Shown: positions 9,670 to 17,776, counted from the first letter of the stretch. The stretch is DNA of 20,691 nucleotides from Thermodesulfovibrionales bacterium (GCA_963715195.1 CAVQRT010000020.1:1-20691), one strand, 5' to 3'. Notes: a model not told the origin generated them from the letters alone. Made by a program: numbers and translations.

Positions 9670-10703
9670 TGTTCTTCAACAAACTTCTCGGGTTGTTTTC
9701 GAATGATCTCGCCATAGACCTTGGCACCGCGAACACACTTGTCTATGTCCGGGGCAAGGGGATTGTCTGTCATGAACCCTCTGTTGTTGTGCTGAGGAAA
9801 GATGACAAAAAGCCGGTCGCGGTCGGGGCGGAAGCAAAAAGAATGATCGGGAAAACCCCTGCAAACATAATCGCGATACGGCCTATGAAAGACGGGGTGA
9901 TCGCTGATTTTGACGCGACTGGGGAGATGCTCAAGTATTTCATCACAAAAGTGCACAACCGGAGGAGCTTCGTCTCCCCCAGGGTTATCATCGGCGTCCC
10001 GTCCGGGATCACACAGGTCGAACAGCGCGCGGTAAAAGATGCAGCCCAGGTATCAGGGGCGAGAGAAGTGTACCTGATCGGAGAGCCCATGGCTGCTGCA
10101 GTCGGCGTCGGCCTCCCGGTCGGCGAACCGTCGGGAAATATGATCGTGGATATCGGGGGCGGAACGACCGATGTCGCTGTCATCTCTCTTGACGGCGTAG
10201 TATACAGCAAGGCCGTAAGGGTTGGCGGAGACAAGATGGATGAGGCGATCATGGCCTTCATAAAGAGGAGATACAATCTCATGATCGGCGATATGACATC
10301 TGAACAGATAAAGATCAACATCGGCTCTGCCTACAGGACGGAGGGGAGTGAAGAGCGAACCATGGAGGTTAAGGGGAGAGATCTGATATCCGGCATTCCC
10401 AAAACACTCACCATTAATGAAGAGGAAATTCGCGAGGCACTCTCTGAACCCGTCAACCTCATTCTTGACACCATCAAGGTCATTCTCGAGAATACACCCC
10501 CGGAGCTCGCCTCTGACATCGTTGACAAGGGGATAATCCTCGCAGGAGGAGGAGCACTTCTCAGGGGGCTTGATCTGCTGATCAGGGAAGAGACGGGACT
10601 CCCGGTGATCGTGGCAGAAGACGCTCTCACTGCGGTTGTTCGCGGTGTCGGCAAGATGCTCGATGAAATTGACCTGCTGAAAAGAGTCGCCATCAATCTA
10701 TAA
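9669..10703 (+). CDS. mreB: Rod shape-determining protein MreB
   Basis: [63 protein letters not shown]. Confidence 0.98.
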   Translation: MFFNKLLGLFSNDLAIDLGTANTLVYVRGKGIVCHEPSVVVLRKDDKKPVAVGAEAKRMIGKTPANIIAIRPMKDGVIADFDATGEMLKYFITKVHNRRSFVSPRVIIGVPSGITQVEQRAVKDAAQVSGAREVYLIGEPMAAAVGVGLPVGEPSGNMIVDIGGGTTDVAVISLDGVVYSKAVRVGGDKMDEAIMAFIKRRYNLMIGDMTSEQIKINIGSAYRTEGSEERTMEVKGRDLISGIPKTLTINEEEIREALSEPVNLILDTIKVILENTPPELASDIVDKGIILAGGGALLRGLDLLIREETGLPVIVAEDALTAVVRGVGKMLDEIDLLKRVAINL

Positions 10704-11485
10704 TGCCCAGAAAAAGGCTCCTGCTTTTTGTATTCATCATCCTGTCCCTGAGCCTAATGACATATCAGAGCAACCGGGTGCGCCTCCAGCCTCTCAAATT
10801 TCTGAATTCCATGGTGAACTCGTTTCATGCGATGAAAGTCTCCGTAAAGGACTTCGTCTCCTCTCCATTCCGGCGGATGCTCCTGAGGGAACAGGAAAAC
10901 GTGAAGCTGAAAGCGGAGATCGCAGAACTCCGAAAGGAGCGGCAGCATTACCGTGAAATTCTTCTCGAACACAAAAGGCTCCTTGGAACACTCGGGCTGA
11001 GGGAGCATGAAAAGAGATACGTCACCTCTGCACGTGTCATCGCGAGGAGCAGGGACCAGTGGGCAAACACTCTTGTGCTTGACAAGGGGCGAGCTGAGGG
11101 GATTCAGAAAGACATGACAGCCATCACCGAGAATGGCTTTGCGGGAAAGATTGCCGAGGCAACAGATTCTTATTCGTACCTGCTCCTGGTCACTGACATC
11201 AATTTCTCCGCCGCGGTAAGGCTCCAGGAGAACAGGACCGAGGGTATACTCTCCGGGACCGGTTTCAGGAAGTGCAGGCTGAAATTCATCCCCCATGAAT
11301 CAACCGTGCAGGATGGCGAGGTGATTATCACCTCGGGGATTGACCGGCTCTTCCCACCCGGGATACCGGTCGGGTATATCTCATCAACAAACAGGAAGGG
11401 ATCCGGAATATTTCAGGATATCGAGGTAGTCCCTTTTGTGGATGACCGGAAAATAGAGGTCGTCACCATCATTGCAAAAGAATGA
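10703..11485 (+). CDS. mreC: Rod shape-determining protein MreC
   Basis: N-terminal TM helix, coiled coil, ARVIAR...LDKGRAEGI, ITSG.DRLFPPGIPVG; follows mreB with TAATG overlap. Confidence 0.95.
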   Translation: MPRKRLLLFVFIILSLSLMTYQSNRVRLQPLKFLNSMVNSFHAMKVSVKDFVSSPFRRMLLREQENVKLKAEIAELRKERQHYREILLEHKRLLGTLGLREHEKRYVTSARVIARSRDQWANTLVLDKGRAEGIQKDMTAITENGFAGKIAEATDSYSYLLLVTDINFSAAVRLQENRTEGILSGTGFRKCRLKFIPHESTVQDGEVIITSGIDRLFPPGIPVGYISSTNRKGSGIFQDIEVVPFVDDRKIEVVTIIAKE

Positions 11486-11949
11486 TCTATCTGCTCTGGG
11501 CCATCATATTCTTCGTCATGCTTATTCTCCAGGGGACCATCTCCTTTCTGCACATACACCTGAACCTCACCGTCCTGCTGGTCTACTACATTGGGATTAA
11601 GAAAAAGGAAGTAAAGGGTCTGCTGTTCGGGGCCTGTATTGGAATAATAGAAGACAGTCTCTCGGGCGCGTTTCTCGGTCCAAATCTCCTGAGCAAGGGG
11701 CTTGTGGGATATTTCTCTTCATTTATATATAAGAGGTTTTTCATCTGGACCCCCCTGCTTGGGGTAATCAGTGTATGTGCCTTCACTATGCTTGACAGCG
11801 GGATTGTATTCCTTTCACGAACCATGTTCGACAGCATGCCCGTCCCGCTCGGAAACGCCGCGTATATAATAGTCATGCAGTCCCTCCTGAATTCACTGTT
11901 CGGAATGGCCATTAAGCCCGGGGACCTGCAGAAAAATGAGGGACACTGA
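11482..11949 (+). CDS. mreD: Rod shape-determining protein MreD
   Basis: 155-aa polytopic membrane protein with G...G.IEDSLSG..LG pattern, between mreC and mrdA (ATGA overlap). Confidence 0.88.
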   Translation: MIYLLWAIIFFVMLILQGTISFLHIHLNLTVLLVYYIGIKKKEVKGLLFGACIGIIEDSLSGAFLGPNLLSKGLVGYFSSFIYKRFFIWTPLLGVISVCAFTMLDSGIVFLSRTMFDSMPVPLGNAAYIIVMQSLLNSLFGMAIKPGDLQKNEGH

Positions 11950-13774
11950 ACAGCGCATGACAACCCTGGACAGAAAGTCAGAGAAGATCACCATCATAAT
12001 GTACCTTGTCATCGCAGTCTTCCTGTTTATTCTTATGCGTATGTGGCAGCTGCAGATTCTCCAGGGTGATGAATACCTGAAGCTCTCGGAAGCAAACCGG
12101 CTCAGGATAATCAATGTCCCGGCTCCGCGCGGGATCATCTTCGACAGGAACGGAACCCCCCTGGTGAAAAATTCCCCCTTTTATACCGCATCCTTAATCG
12201 CGGAGGAGTTCGACAGGGCCATGGCTGATGACCTCTCCGGGATGCTCGATGTTCCTGCAAATGAAATTGTTGAGAAAATAAACAGACACGATATCAGCCC
12301 GTTTGTCCCCGTGAAAATCAAGCAGGACCTGACATTTGAGGAAGTCGCGTACATCGAGGCACGCCGTTCTGATTTTCCTGGCCTTCTGATCGAAACCGAG
12401 GTGAGCAGGGAATACATATACGGAAACATTGGAGCCCATCTGATCGGGTACCTGGGAAAGATGAGCCCCGCTCAATCAAAAGACCCTGCGATGAAGGGAA
12501 TCCCCCTGGATACGTTCATCGGGCAATGGGGGGTTGAGAGGCTTCTGGACGATTCCCTGAGAGGCACCCCCGGCGAGCGGATCATTGAGGTGAACGCTCT
12601 CGGGAGGGAGCTCCGGCTGCTTCAGGAAAATCCTCCTTTAAAGGGAAAAGATGTGATGCTCAGCATGGATATCAATCTCCAGAAAGAGGCGGAAATTTCG
12701 TTCGGTGACCGTGCCGGGGCCCTTGTTGCGCTGCAGCCGGCTACCGGCGAAATTCTCGGGATGGTGAGCAAGCCTTCCTTTGATCCTAACCTCTTTACAC
12801 GGGGAATTGACTTCGAAAGCTGGGAAGCCCTCACAAAAGACACAAAAAACCCCCTGCTGAACAGGACACTGCAGAGCCAGTATCCCCCGGGGTCCACATT
12901 CAAAATCGTCACCGCAATTGCAGGGCTGGAAGAGGGGGTGATCACCCCTGAGACCGAGGTCAACTGCAGGGGGGCGATTTACTACGGAAAATGGAGGTTT
13001 GGGTGCTGGCGGAGCCAGGGCCACGGCACGGTCTCACTTCACCGGGCGATTGTCGAATCATGCGATGTCTATTTTTACGAGGTCGGTAAGCGACTCGGTA
13101 TCGACAAAATCCACGACTATGCAGTACGCCTCGGTCTGGGCAAAAAGACCGGGATTGAACTCGGCATCGAACGCGAGGGGCTGATTCCAAGCACTGAGTG
13201 GAAACGGGAAAAAAAGAAAAGCCAGTGGTTTCTCGGCGAAACATTTAATTCAGCGATAGGCCAGGGATACGTCTCTCTCACTCCTCTCCAGCTCACAGTG
13301 ATGATGGGGTCGATCGTCAACGGCGGGGTGTTATACAAGCCCCTTCTTACAAAAGGTACTGATCCTGTGCCTGTCGGGCAGGTGCAAATCAGTCCCGATA
13401 CCGTTCAGCTGATCAAGAGCGGATTGCGGGGAGTAGTGAATGAGCCCCGGGGCACAGGAGGTGCTTCGCGGTCAGAAATCGTGCAGGTCGCGGGGAAAAC
13501 AGGGACCGCCCAGGTCGTTGCACTACGAAGCGGGCTGAGCGGCAGTGAAAGATATCGGGATCACGCCTGGTTTGTCGCCTTTGCGCCTTTCGAACAACCC
13601 GAGATCGCGCTCTCCGTATTCGTTGAACACGGGGGCCACGGCGGATCCGCCGCTGCTCCGATTGCAAAAAGGGCGCTGGAAGCATATTTCAATCCGCCCC
13701 GGCAAGAGCACGTCAGGGAAGAGATACAGGGGAAACCACGGGAGAGCGGGACAGACGCTGATATGCATGAGTGA
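11936..13774 (+). CDS. mrdA: Penicillin-binding protein 2
   Basis: LQI..G, APRGIIFDRNG, YPPGSTFK (SxxK), SCD, KTGTAQ, DHAWF, VEHGGHG. Start could be 11957. Confidence 0.96.
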   Translation: MRDTEQRMTTLDRKSEKITIIMYLVIAVFLFILMRMWQLQILQGDEYLKLSEANRLRIINVPAPRGIIFDRNGTPLVKNSPFYTASLIAEEFDRAMADDLSGMLDVPANEIVEKINRHDISPFVPVKIKQDLTFEEVAYIEARRSDFPGLLIETEVSREYIYGNIGAHLIGYLGKMSPAQSKDPAMKGIPLDTFIGQWGVERLLDDSLRGTPGERIIEVNALGRELRLLQENPPLKGKDVMLSMDINLQKEAEISFGDRAGALVALQPATGEILGMVSKPSFDPNLFTRGIDFESWEALTKDTKNPLLNRTLQSQYPPGSTFKIVTAIAGLEEGVITPETEVNCRGAIYYGKWRFGCWRSQGHGTVSLHRAIVESCDVYFYEVGKRLGIDKIHDYAVRLGLGKKTGIELGIEREGLIPSTEWKREKKKSQWFLGETFNSAIGQGYVSLTPLQLTVMMGSIVNGGVLYKPLLTKGTDPVPVGQVQISPDTVQLIKSGLRGVVNEPRGTGGASRSEIVQVAGKTGTAQVVALRSGLSGSERYRDHAWFVAFAPFEQPEIALSVFVEHGGHGGSAAAPIAKRALEAYFNPPRQEHVREEIQGKPRESGTDADMHE

Positions 13775-13805
13775 GGAGACATCCGGTTCATCCCTTGCAA
13801 CCCCC

Positions 13806-13827
13806 CCCTTGGGGATATCCCCAAGGG
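13806..13827. repeat. Perfect 22-bp palindrome
   Basis: CCCTTGGGGATATCCCCAAGGG equals its own reverse complement; a possible degenerate copy at ~14228-14247. Confidence 0.85.
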
Positions 13828-13861
13828 CAACGTGCGAGACCCCTGTCTTTCAAATATGAGG

Positions 13862-13954
13862 GGGGCTGTGGCAGCGACATGTTTCACCCACTGCCACAGC
13901 AAAGGGTGAGGATGTCATGTTGCCCTATGACTATGCACATGACATGCCAGCCCC
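13862..13954. repeat. Cluster of overlapping inverted repeats (REP-like or structured RNA)
   Basis: GCTGTGGCAG/CTGCCACAGC (13865-13900), ATGTCATGT/ACATGACAT (13912-13945), GGGGCTG/CAGCCCC (13862-13954), TCACCC/GGGTGA (13884-13909). Confidence 0.7.
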
Positions 13955-14085
13955 GGATTTATTTACACAACTATTTGTTTTTCCTGCATATTCACGACCA
14001 CTCATTGACACATCCTGCCACGGCACTGCCAGCAGAGCATACGATAAACTGCCCAGAGACTGACAATCTTTGTCAAAACATCAAA

Positions 14086-14524
14086 AGGGGTCAGGTCTCA
14101 ACATTTGACATTCAATAACCATATCTCAATCCTGAATGGGCAGCAGACTATTTCAGCCTATTCCCTTGTCATATTTCAATGCAGCATCAGTATTGTCCAG
14201 ACTTTTATTTCTATGACATTGATCATTCCCTGGGGCTGTCCAAAGGGTAACCTTATCTTAGTTACATGTCTGTCATTATCCGTCCGCCTCAGGCGGATGA
14301 CCGGATAATCCATTTTTCAGTATTTCTGGTTTCCCCGATCCTTCCAGAAGGACGGCGGGCAGGCAAGTCGGGGAATGACAAATGTTAAGATACCCCGCTG
14401 CTTGCAGAGCGGACATTCATTCAGCATTATGAAAGCCCACTATTATTGTGTGAAAAGATTAAAAAGATTTGAAAGAGGAAATCCAGAAAAAGAATCGAAT
14501 GTCAAATGTTGAGACCTGACCCCT
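14086..14524. mobile_element. Non-coding 439-bp segment bounded by perfect 28-bp inverted repeats (MITE/REPIN-like)
   Basis: AGGGGTCAGGTCTCAACATTTGACATTC at 14086-14113 and its exact reverse complement at 14497-14524. No transposase inside and no target-site duplication seen. Confidence 0.6.
14271..14380. repeat. Composite double-hairpin repeat (TGTCATT...AATGACA) with short palindromes in both loops
   Basis: Left hairpin ATTATCCG/CGGATAAT encloses TCCGCC-TCA-GGCGGA. Right hairpin TTCCCCGA/TCGGGGAA encloses TCCTTC-CA-GAAGGA plus CGGCGGGCAGGC. Confidence 0.75.
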
Positions 14525-15125
14525 GCACTTCTTCCTGTCCGGACAAAACGGTTCTGATATGATGCCACAATTCATCCCTGCCTTCTCCGGTCTTGCTGGA
14601 ATAGATGAGGGATGGAATCTGAGGCGGGAGCATTAATCCTTTGCGAATCGCCGCAATATGGGCCGGACGCTTGCCGCGGCTGATTTTGTCCGCCTTTGTT
14701 CCCACAATGACATACGGGATATTGAATCCCGACAGCCATTCAAACGCATTCTTGTCATTTTTCATGGGCTCATGACGCAGGTCGAGCAGATGCACAATGA
14801 GAGCGAGCCTGTCGCTATCCCGCACATAGTTGTTGATGAACTTTCCCCATTCCCTGAGCTTTCCCTTGGAGGTTTCCGCATACCCATATCCCGGAAGGTC
14901 GACCAGATACATCTGTTCGTTGATGGCAAAAAAATTAATGGTCTGTGTCTTACCGGGCTGGCGACTAGTCCGGGCCAGCGCGCGTCGTGCGCATAATGAA
15001 TTGATCAGGGATGATTTCCCGACATTGGAGCGTCCGAGCATCATAATCTCAGGATACCCGGTGTCCGGGTATTGATTTCGTCCAACCGCGCTGACTATGC
15101 ATTTCGCTGACTTTATTTTCATCAT
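14502..15125 (-). CDS. engB: Ribosome biogenesis GTPase EngB (YihA/YsxC)
   Basis: G1 GRSNVGKSS, G2 PGKT, G3 DLPGYGY, G4 TKADK. Confidence 0.96.
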   Translation of the reverse strand: MMKIKSAKCIVSAVGRNQYPDTGYPEIMMLGRSNVGKSSLINSLCARRALARTSRQPGKTQTINFFAINEQMYLVDLPGYGYAETSKGKLREWGKFINNYVRDSDRLALIVHLLDLRHEPMKNDKNAFEWLSGFNIPYVIVGTKADKISRGKRPAHIAAIRKGLMLPPQIPSLIYSSKTGEGRDELWHHIRTVLSGQEEVQGSGLNI

Positions 15126-15185
15126 TCTTCCTTGTCAGGGTTTCTGAAAACCCGATGTTCAGTATTGTATTCTACCATGCTGTAA

Positions 15186-15213
15186 AAGGGTCAGGTCTCC
15201 ACATCTGACCTTC
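15186..15213 (+). repeat. Third, diverged copy of the 28-bp repeat
   Basis: AAGGGTCAGGTCTCCACATCTGACCTTC; 24/28 identical to 14086-14113. Confidence 0.8.
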
Positions 15214-15512
15214 CGGATTTTTCATCGTTATTTTCAATCCTTCGTCTGTGTGACGGAACAAAAAATATCCTGATGTAGACCAAGCGGGGGAGAGAGCAGT
15301 AATTAGGGATGATTTTCAGGGACAAACACTACAGGTGTTATGGGCGCAATGCGTTTTGCTTCATCCTAGTTCGCACCTCGGAATATTTTCGTGACATGCA
15401 TGTTTCTTCAATAAGTTCGCACTTCAGTGGATTCTCATAGGTTGCGGAGTTCACCTAAAAATGAACACTCTTGACCTGCCTATTGGAATAATAATTACCT
15501 TTTAGAATCTGC

Positions 15513-15551
15513 AAAAAATAAAAGGCAGCCAGTTTTACTCTGACTGCCTTT
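15513..15551 (-). terminator. Rho-independent terminator downstream of the secreted-protein gene
   Basis: Minus strand AAAGGCAGTCAG-AGTAAAA-CTGGCTGCCTTT followed by TATTTTTT. A second hairpin (TAGGAG/CTCCTA) lies at ~15557-15593. Confidence 0.85.
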
Positions 15552-15611
15552 AAGCTGTTAGGAGGGTTAGCCCTATCAGCAATCACTCCTACATAACCTT
15601 TTTATCCCTCT

Positions 15612-16766
15612 TTAGGGAGCTTGGCATGCGAGATCTTCATCACAATCAGGATCATCGCAGTCTACTAATTCGTCTCCGTCATTGTCTACTGCATCATCAC
15701 AGATTTCTTCTGTAAGAACTTCGCATTCAGGCTCTTCTGCACAATCAAAATCGTCACAGTCTGTGAATCCGTCACCGTCATTATCAATTTCATCATCACA
15801 TTCCTGTTCAGTCGGAGTGATAAACCCTACGAGTTCGACACGGTCTCCAGTCTCGACATCAACTTCCAGTATAAGCCCTATATTCGGCGCATAGTATTTG
15901 TTTTCCTCACCATCAGGCTCTATTGGCGTATAATCCTTTGTAATCAGGCAGTCTCCTGAACATGCAGCCACTGGCACTGTTTCCGTTCCGGTCAGGCTCA
16001 GTACTTCTCCCATGTCTTCCGCCTCGCCAAGCAGAAACTCCTGACGATACACCTCGCCGACCAGAGGCGCAGCTTTCATCACGATACCCGCCTTTGCACC
16101 ATCCTCACCAGCTTTCCACGATCCCTCGATATCAACAAGCTCACCGTCTTCGTAGTTTTTTGCGATTTCACCGAAGTACCATACATTGCCGGCGGTGTCC
16201 TGAGCAAACCAATCATCAGTGTCCTCAATGACCTCACCATCTTCTTCGACCACATCATTGACGACAACACATGTCACTCCTAAGATTTCCTTTGTGTCAT
16301 CGGTGACGATCACTGTCACAGTTTCGTCCCCTCCTTCATAAATCCAGCCTGTTCCGGGAATAAGGGGGAAATAAGTGTTGGGCGTAACCGTATCGCCTAT
16401 TTGAGATGGGTCAACAAAATCCGCGGGGTTAATCACCGGATCATAGGGGGCTTCGCCAAGTGCTTCGCACACTTCTGTTCGCGCCTCTTTCTGTTCGTTG
16501 CATTCTTCTGTGGCTTCTGCCTGTGCTGCCTTCGCTTCGTTTAGGCACTCTTTACTTTCGTTCTGATCAGAAATGTTATAGCACTTTCCCTGTTCAATCG
16601 ACATATCATCTTTTGCCTCGAATTTGCACGCTTTCAGCGCGGCTTTCGTCGTCTTTTTGCACGCTTTGCCCTGCGCCATTGCCGTGGTACACACTGCAAA
16701 TATAAGCATTAAAGCAACCAAACTCATAAGAAATACACGTTTACTTAAAAAAATCCTGTCAACCAT
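15612..16766 (-). CDS. Secreted acidic Cys-rich protein of unknown function (384 aa) with two C-terminal CDDxxDNDGDxxxDCDDxDC putative metal-binding repeats
   Basis: ATG 16766 with AGGAGGT 7 nt upstream. Signal peptide ending AMA/Q; 6-Cys helical-looking N-domain; central domain (NTYFPLIPG, TDDWFAQD..GNVWYFGE, GSWKAG.DGA, YRQEF); two Asp/Cys repeats resembling MopE-type Cu-binding or Ca-binding motifs. Confidence 0.85.
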   Translation of the reverse strand: MVDRIFLSKRVFLMSLVALMLIFAVCTTAMAQGKACKKTTKAALKACKFEAKDDMSIEQGKCYNISDQNESKECLNEAKAAQAEATEECNEQKEARTEVCEALGEAPYDPVINPADFVDPSQIGDTVTPNTYFPLIPGTGWIYEGGDETVTVIVTDDTKEILGVTCVVVNDVVEEDGEVIEDTDDWFAQDTAGNVWYFGEIAKNYEDGELVDIEGSWKAGEDGAKAGIVMKAAPLVGEVYRQEFLLGEAEDMGEVLSLTGTETVPVAACSGDCLITKDYTPIEPDGEENKYYAPNIGLILEVDVETGDRVELVGFITPTEQECDDEIDNDGDGFTDCDDFDCAEEPECEVLTEEICDDAVDNDGDELVDCDDPDCDEDLACQAP

Positions 16767-16827
16767 GATAGGGACCTCCTTTTTTGCGGGTTGAAAAGGC
16801 ACTTCTGAGAATTTCCATATAACTTAA

Positions 16828-16843
16828 AGCAAAAAAAATGCCA
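16828..16843 (-). promoter_or_regulatory. Sigma54 (RpoN) -24/-12 promoter
   Basis: TGGCATTTTTTTTGCT has exact GG-N10-GC spacing, about 60 nt upstream of the start codon. Confidence 0.8.
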
Positions 16844-16848
16844 TTACA

Positions 16849-16861
16849 TAACACATTGATT
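16849..16861 (-). promoter_or_regulatory. IHF binding site
   Basis: AATCAATGTGTTA matches WATCAANNNNTTR exactly, just upstream of the -24 box. Confidence 0.7.
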
Positions 16862-17063
16862 TAATTATATTCATGGAGGAGCATAGCAGGTATTGTTGGG
16901 AAATTTGTCCTTGAATGAGACATATTTTCTGTATTTTTTTAACGATTATCAGTTGGACTTTGTAGCTTTATAAAGGATTCAAGGTGTTGCGTAGTTCAGG
17001 AAGGAACAAACAGTAGATTGAAAATATAAAAGTGTGTGTTTCTATGTGAATGCTTGCTTTTGT

Positions 17064-17627
17064 GTTAAGAACCCTGCGCCAAGAGCGCAGGGCGTAAAAG
17101 TCAAACGTCAAATAAGCGTAGTTGCTTTATATCTTTCTCTCGTCCCTGATCCCTGATGTATTGTTCGATAATTTCTTTATTCCCTTTCCCGCTGATCGTC
17201 GCAATGTAATATCCATCTGTCCAAAACTCCCCACCCCACAGTTCTGTCTTGATCTCTGGAATATGCTCAAAGATCTTCTGCCCTGTCACACTCTTGATTG
17301 TCCTGATAACCTGCCCTCCAGAATACTTCGGTAAAAATCGACACAATACATGTATATGATTTTGGTCAAATCCTATCGTGCTGGGCTCTATCGCATATCT
17401 CTCTTTGAATCCTCTTAGTGTCTCCACGATTACCTTCTGCACCTCTTCTTCCATTAATGCCTTTCGATACTTTACCGTCAGTTGTATATGGTAATAACAT
17501 GCAGAAATGTTGTGATACCAATACCAAATATCTCCTTCAATATCAACCACATCTCAATTATACTACTTGCTAAAATACATCGGTAAGCAATTCATCCCTG
17601 CGCCAAGAGCACAGGGAGTTCTTGCTT
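17064..17627 (-). mobile_element. IS200/IS605-family element, IS200 type (tnpA only, ~565 bp); ends approximate
   Basis: Y1 transposase flanked by near-identical subterminal hairpins CCCTGCGC-CAAGA-GCGCAGGG (17072-17092) and CCCTGCGC-CAAGA-GCACAGGG (17596-17616). No terminal IRs, no TSD, no tnpB. Confidence 0.9.
17101..17550 (-). CDS. tnpA: IS200 family Y1 (HUH) transposase
   Basis: YHIQLTVKYRK, HUH motif NHIH, IKS, LWGGEFWTDGYY, catalytic YIRDQ; intact 149-aa ORF. Confidence 0.95.
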   Translation of the reverse strand: MVDIEGDIWYWYHNISACYYHIQLTVKYRKALMEEEVQKVIVETLRGFKERYAIEPSTIGFDQNHIHVLCRFLPKYSGGQVIRTIKSVTGQKIFEHIPEIKTELWGGEFWTDGYYIATISGKGNKEIIEQYIRDQGREKDIKQLRLFDV

Positions 17628-17776
17628 GTTACTTAAAGTTCTTTGGGGATTCTTTTTTATATAGATATATGCCTAAGATATTAATTGCAAAGATAAATCC
17701 GATTCCTGCAATTGTGCATAATCAACTTCATAAAATTTCGTCACAATTATTTCTCTGCTAAGCGCGGTAATTTATT

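Noticed and set aside
388..13859. Many antisense or alternate-frame ORFs over qmo, apr, sat, adk, rdgB and mre genes (e.g. 5207-5791, 6627-7292, 6904-7527, 8110-8631, 9770-10321, 10754-11296)
   Set aside because: Shadows of well-supported genes with no recognisable motifs.
13771..14308. ORFs 13771-14118 and 14105-14308 as a rodA remnant or new genes
   Set aside because: No SEDS-like hydrophobic pattern; they run through palindromic repeats.
14086..14524. Tn3-family transposon
   Set aside because: IR is 28 bp rather than ~38 bp; no 5-bp TSD, transposase or resolvase.
13775..15213. CRISPR array
   Set aside because: Repeats are inverted and irregularly spaced, with no repeat-spacer periodicity and no cas genes.
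15300..15480. AGTTCGCAC direct repeat and a ~38-codon minus-strand ORF ending in CCATAAC as an integron cassette
   Set aside because: No paired attC arms; short matches are compatible with chance.
17064..17627. TnpB/IscB RNA-guided system
   Set aside because: Only tnpA lies between the hairpins; no room for a nuclease or guide scaffold.
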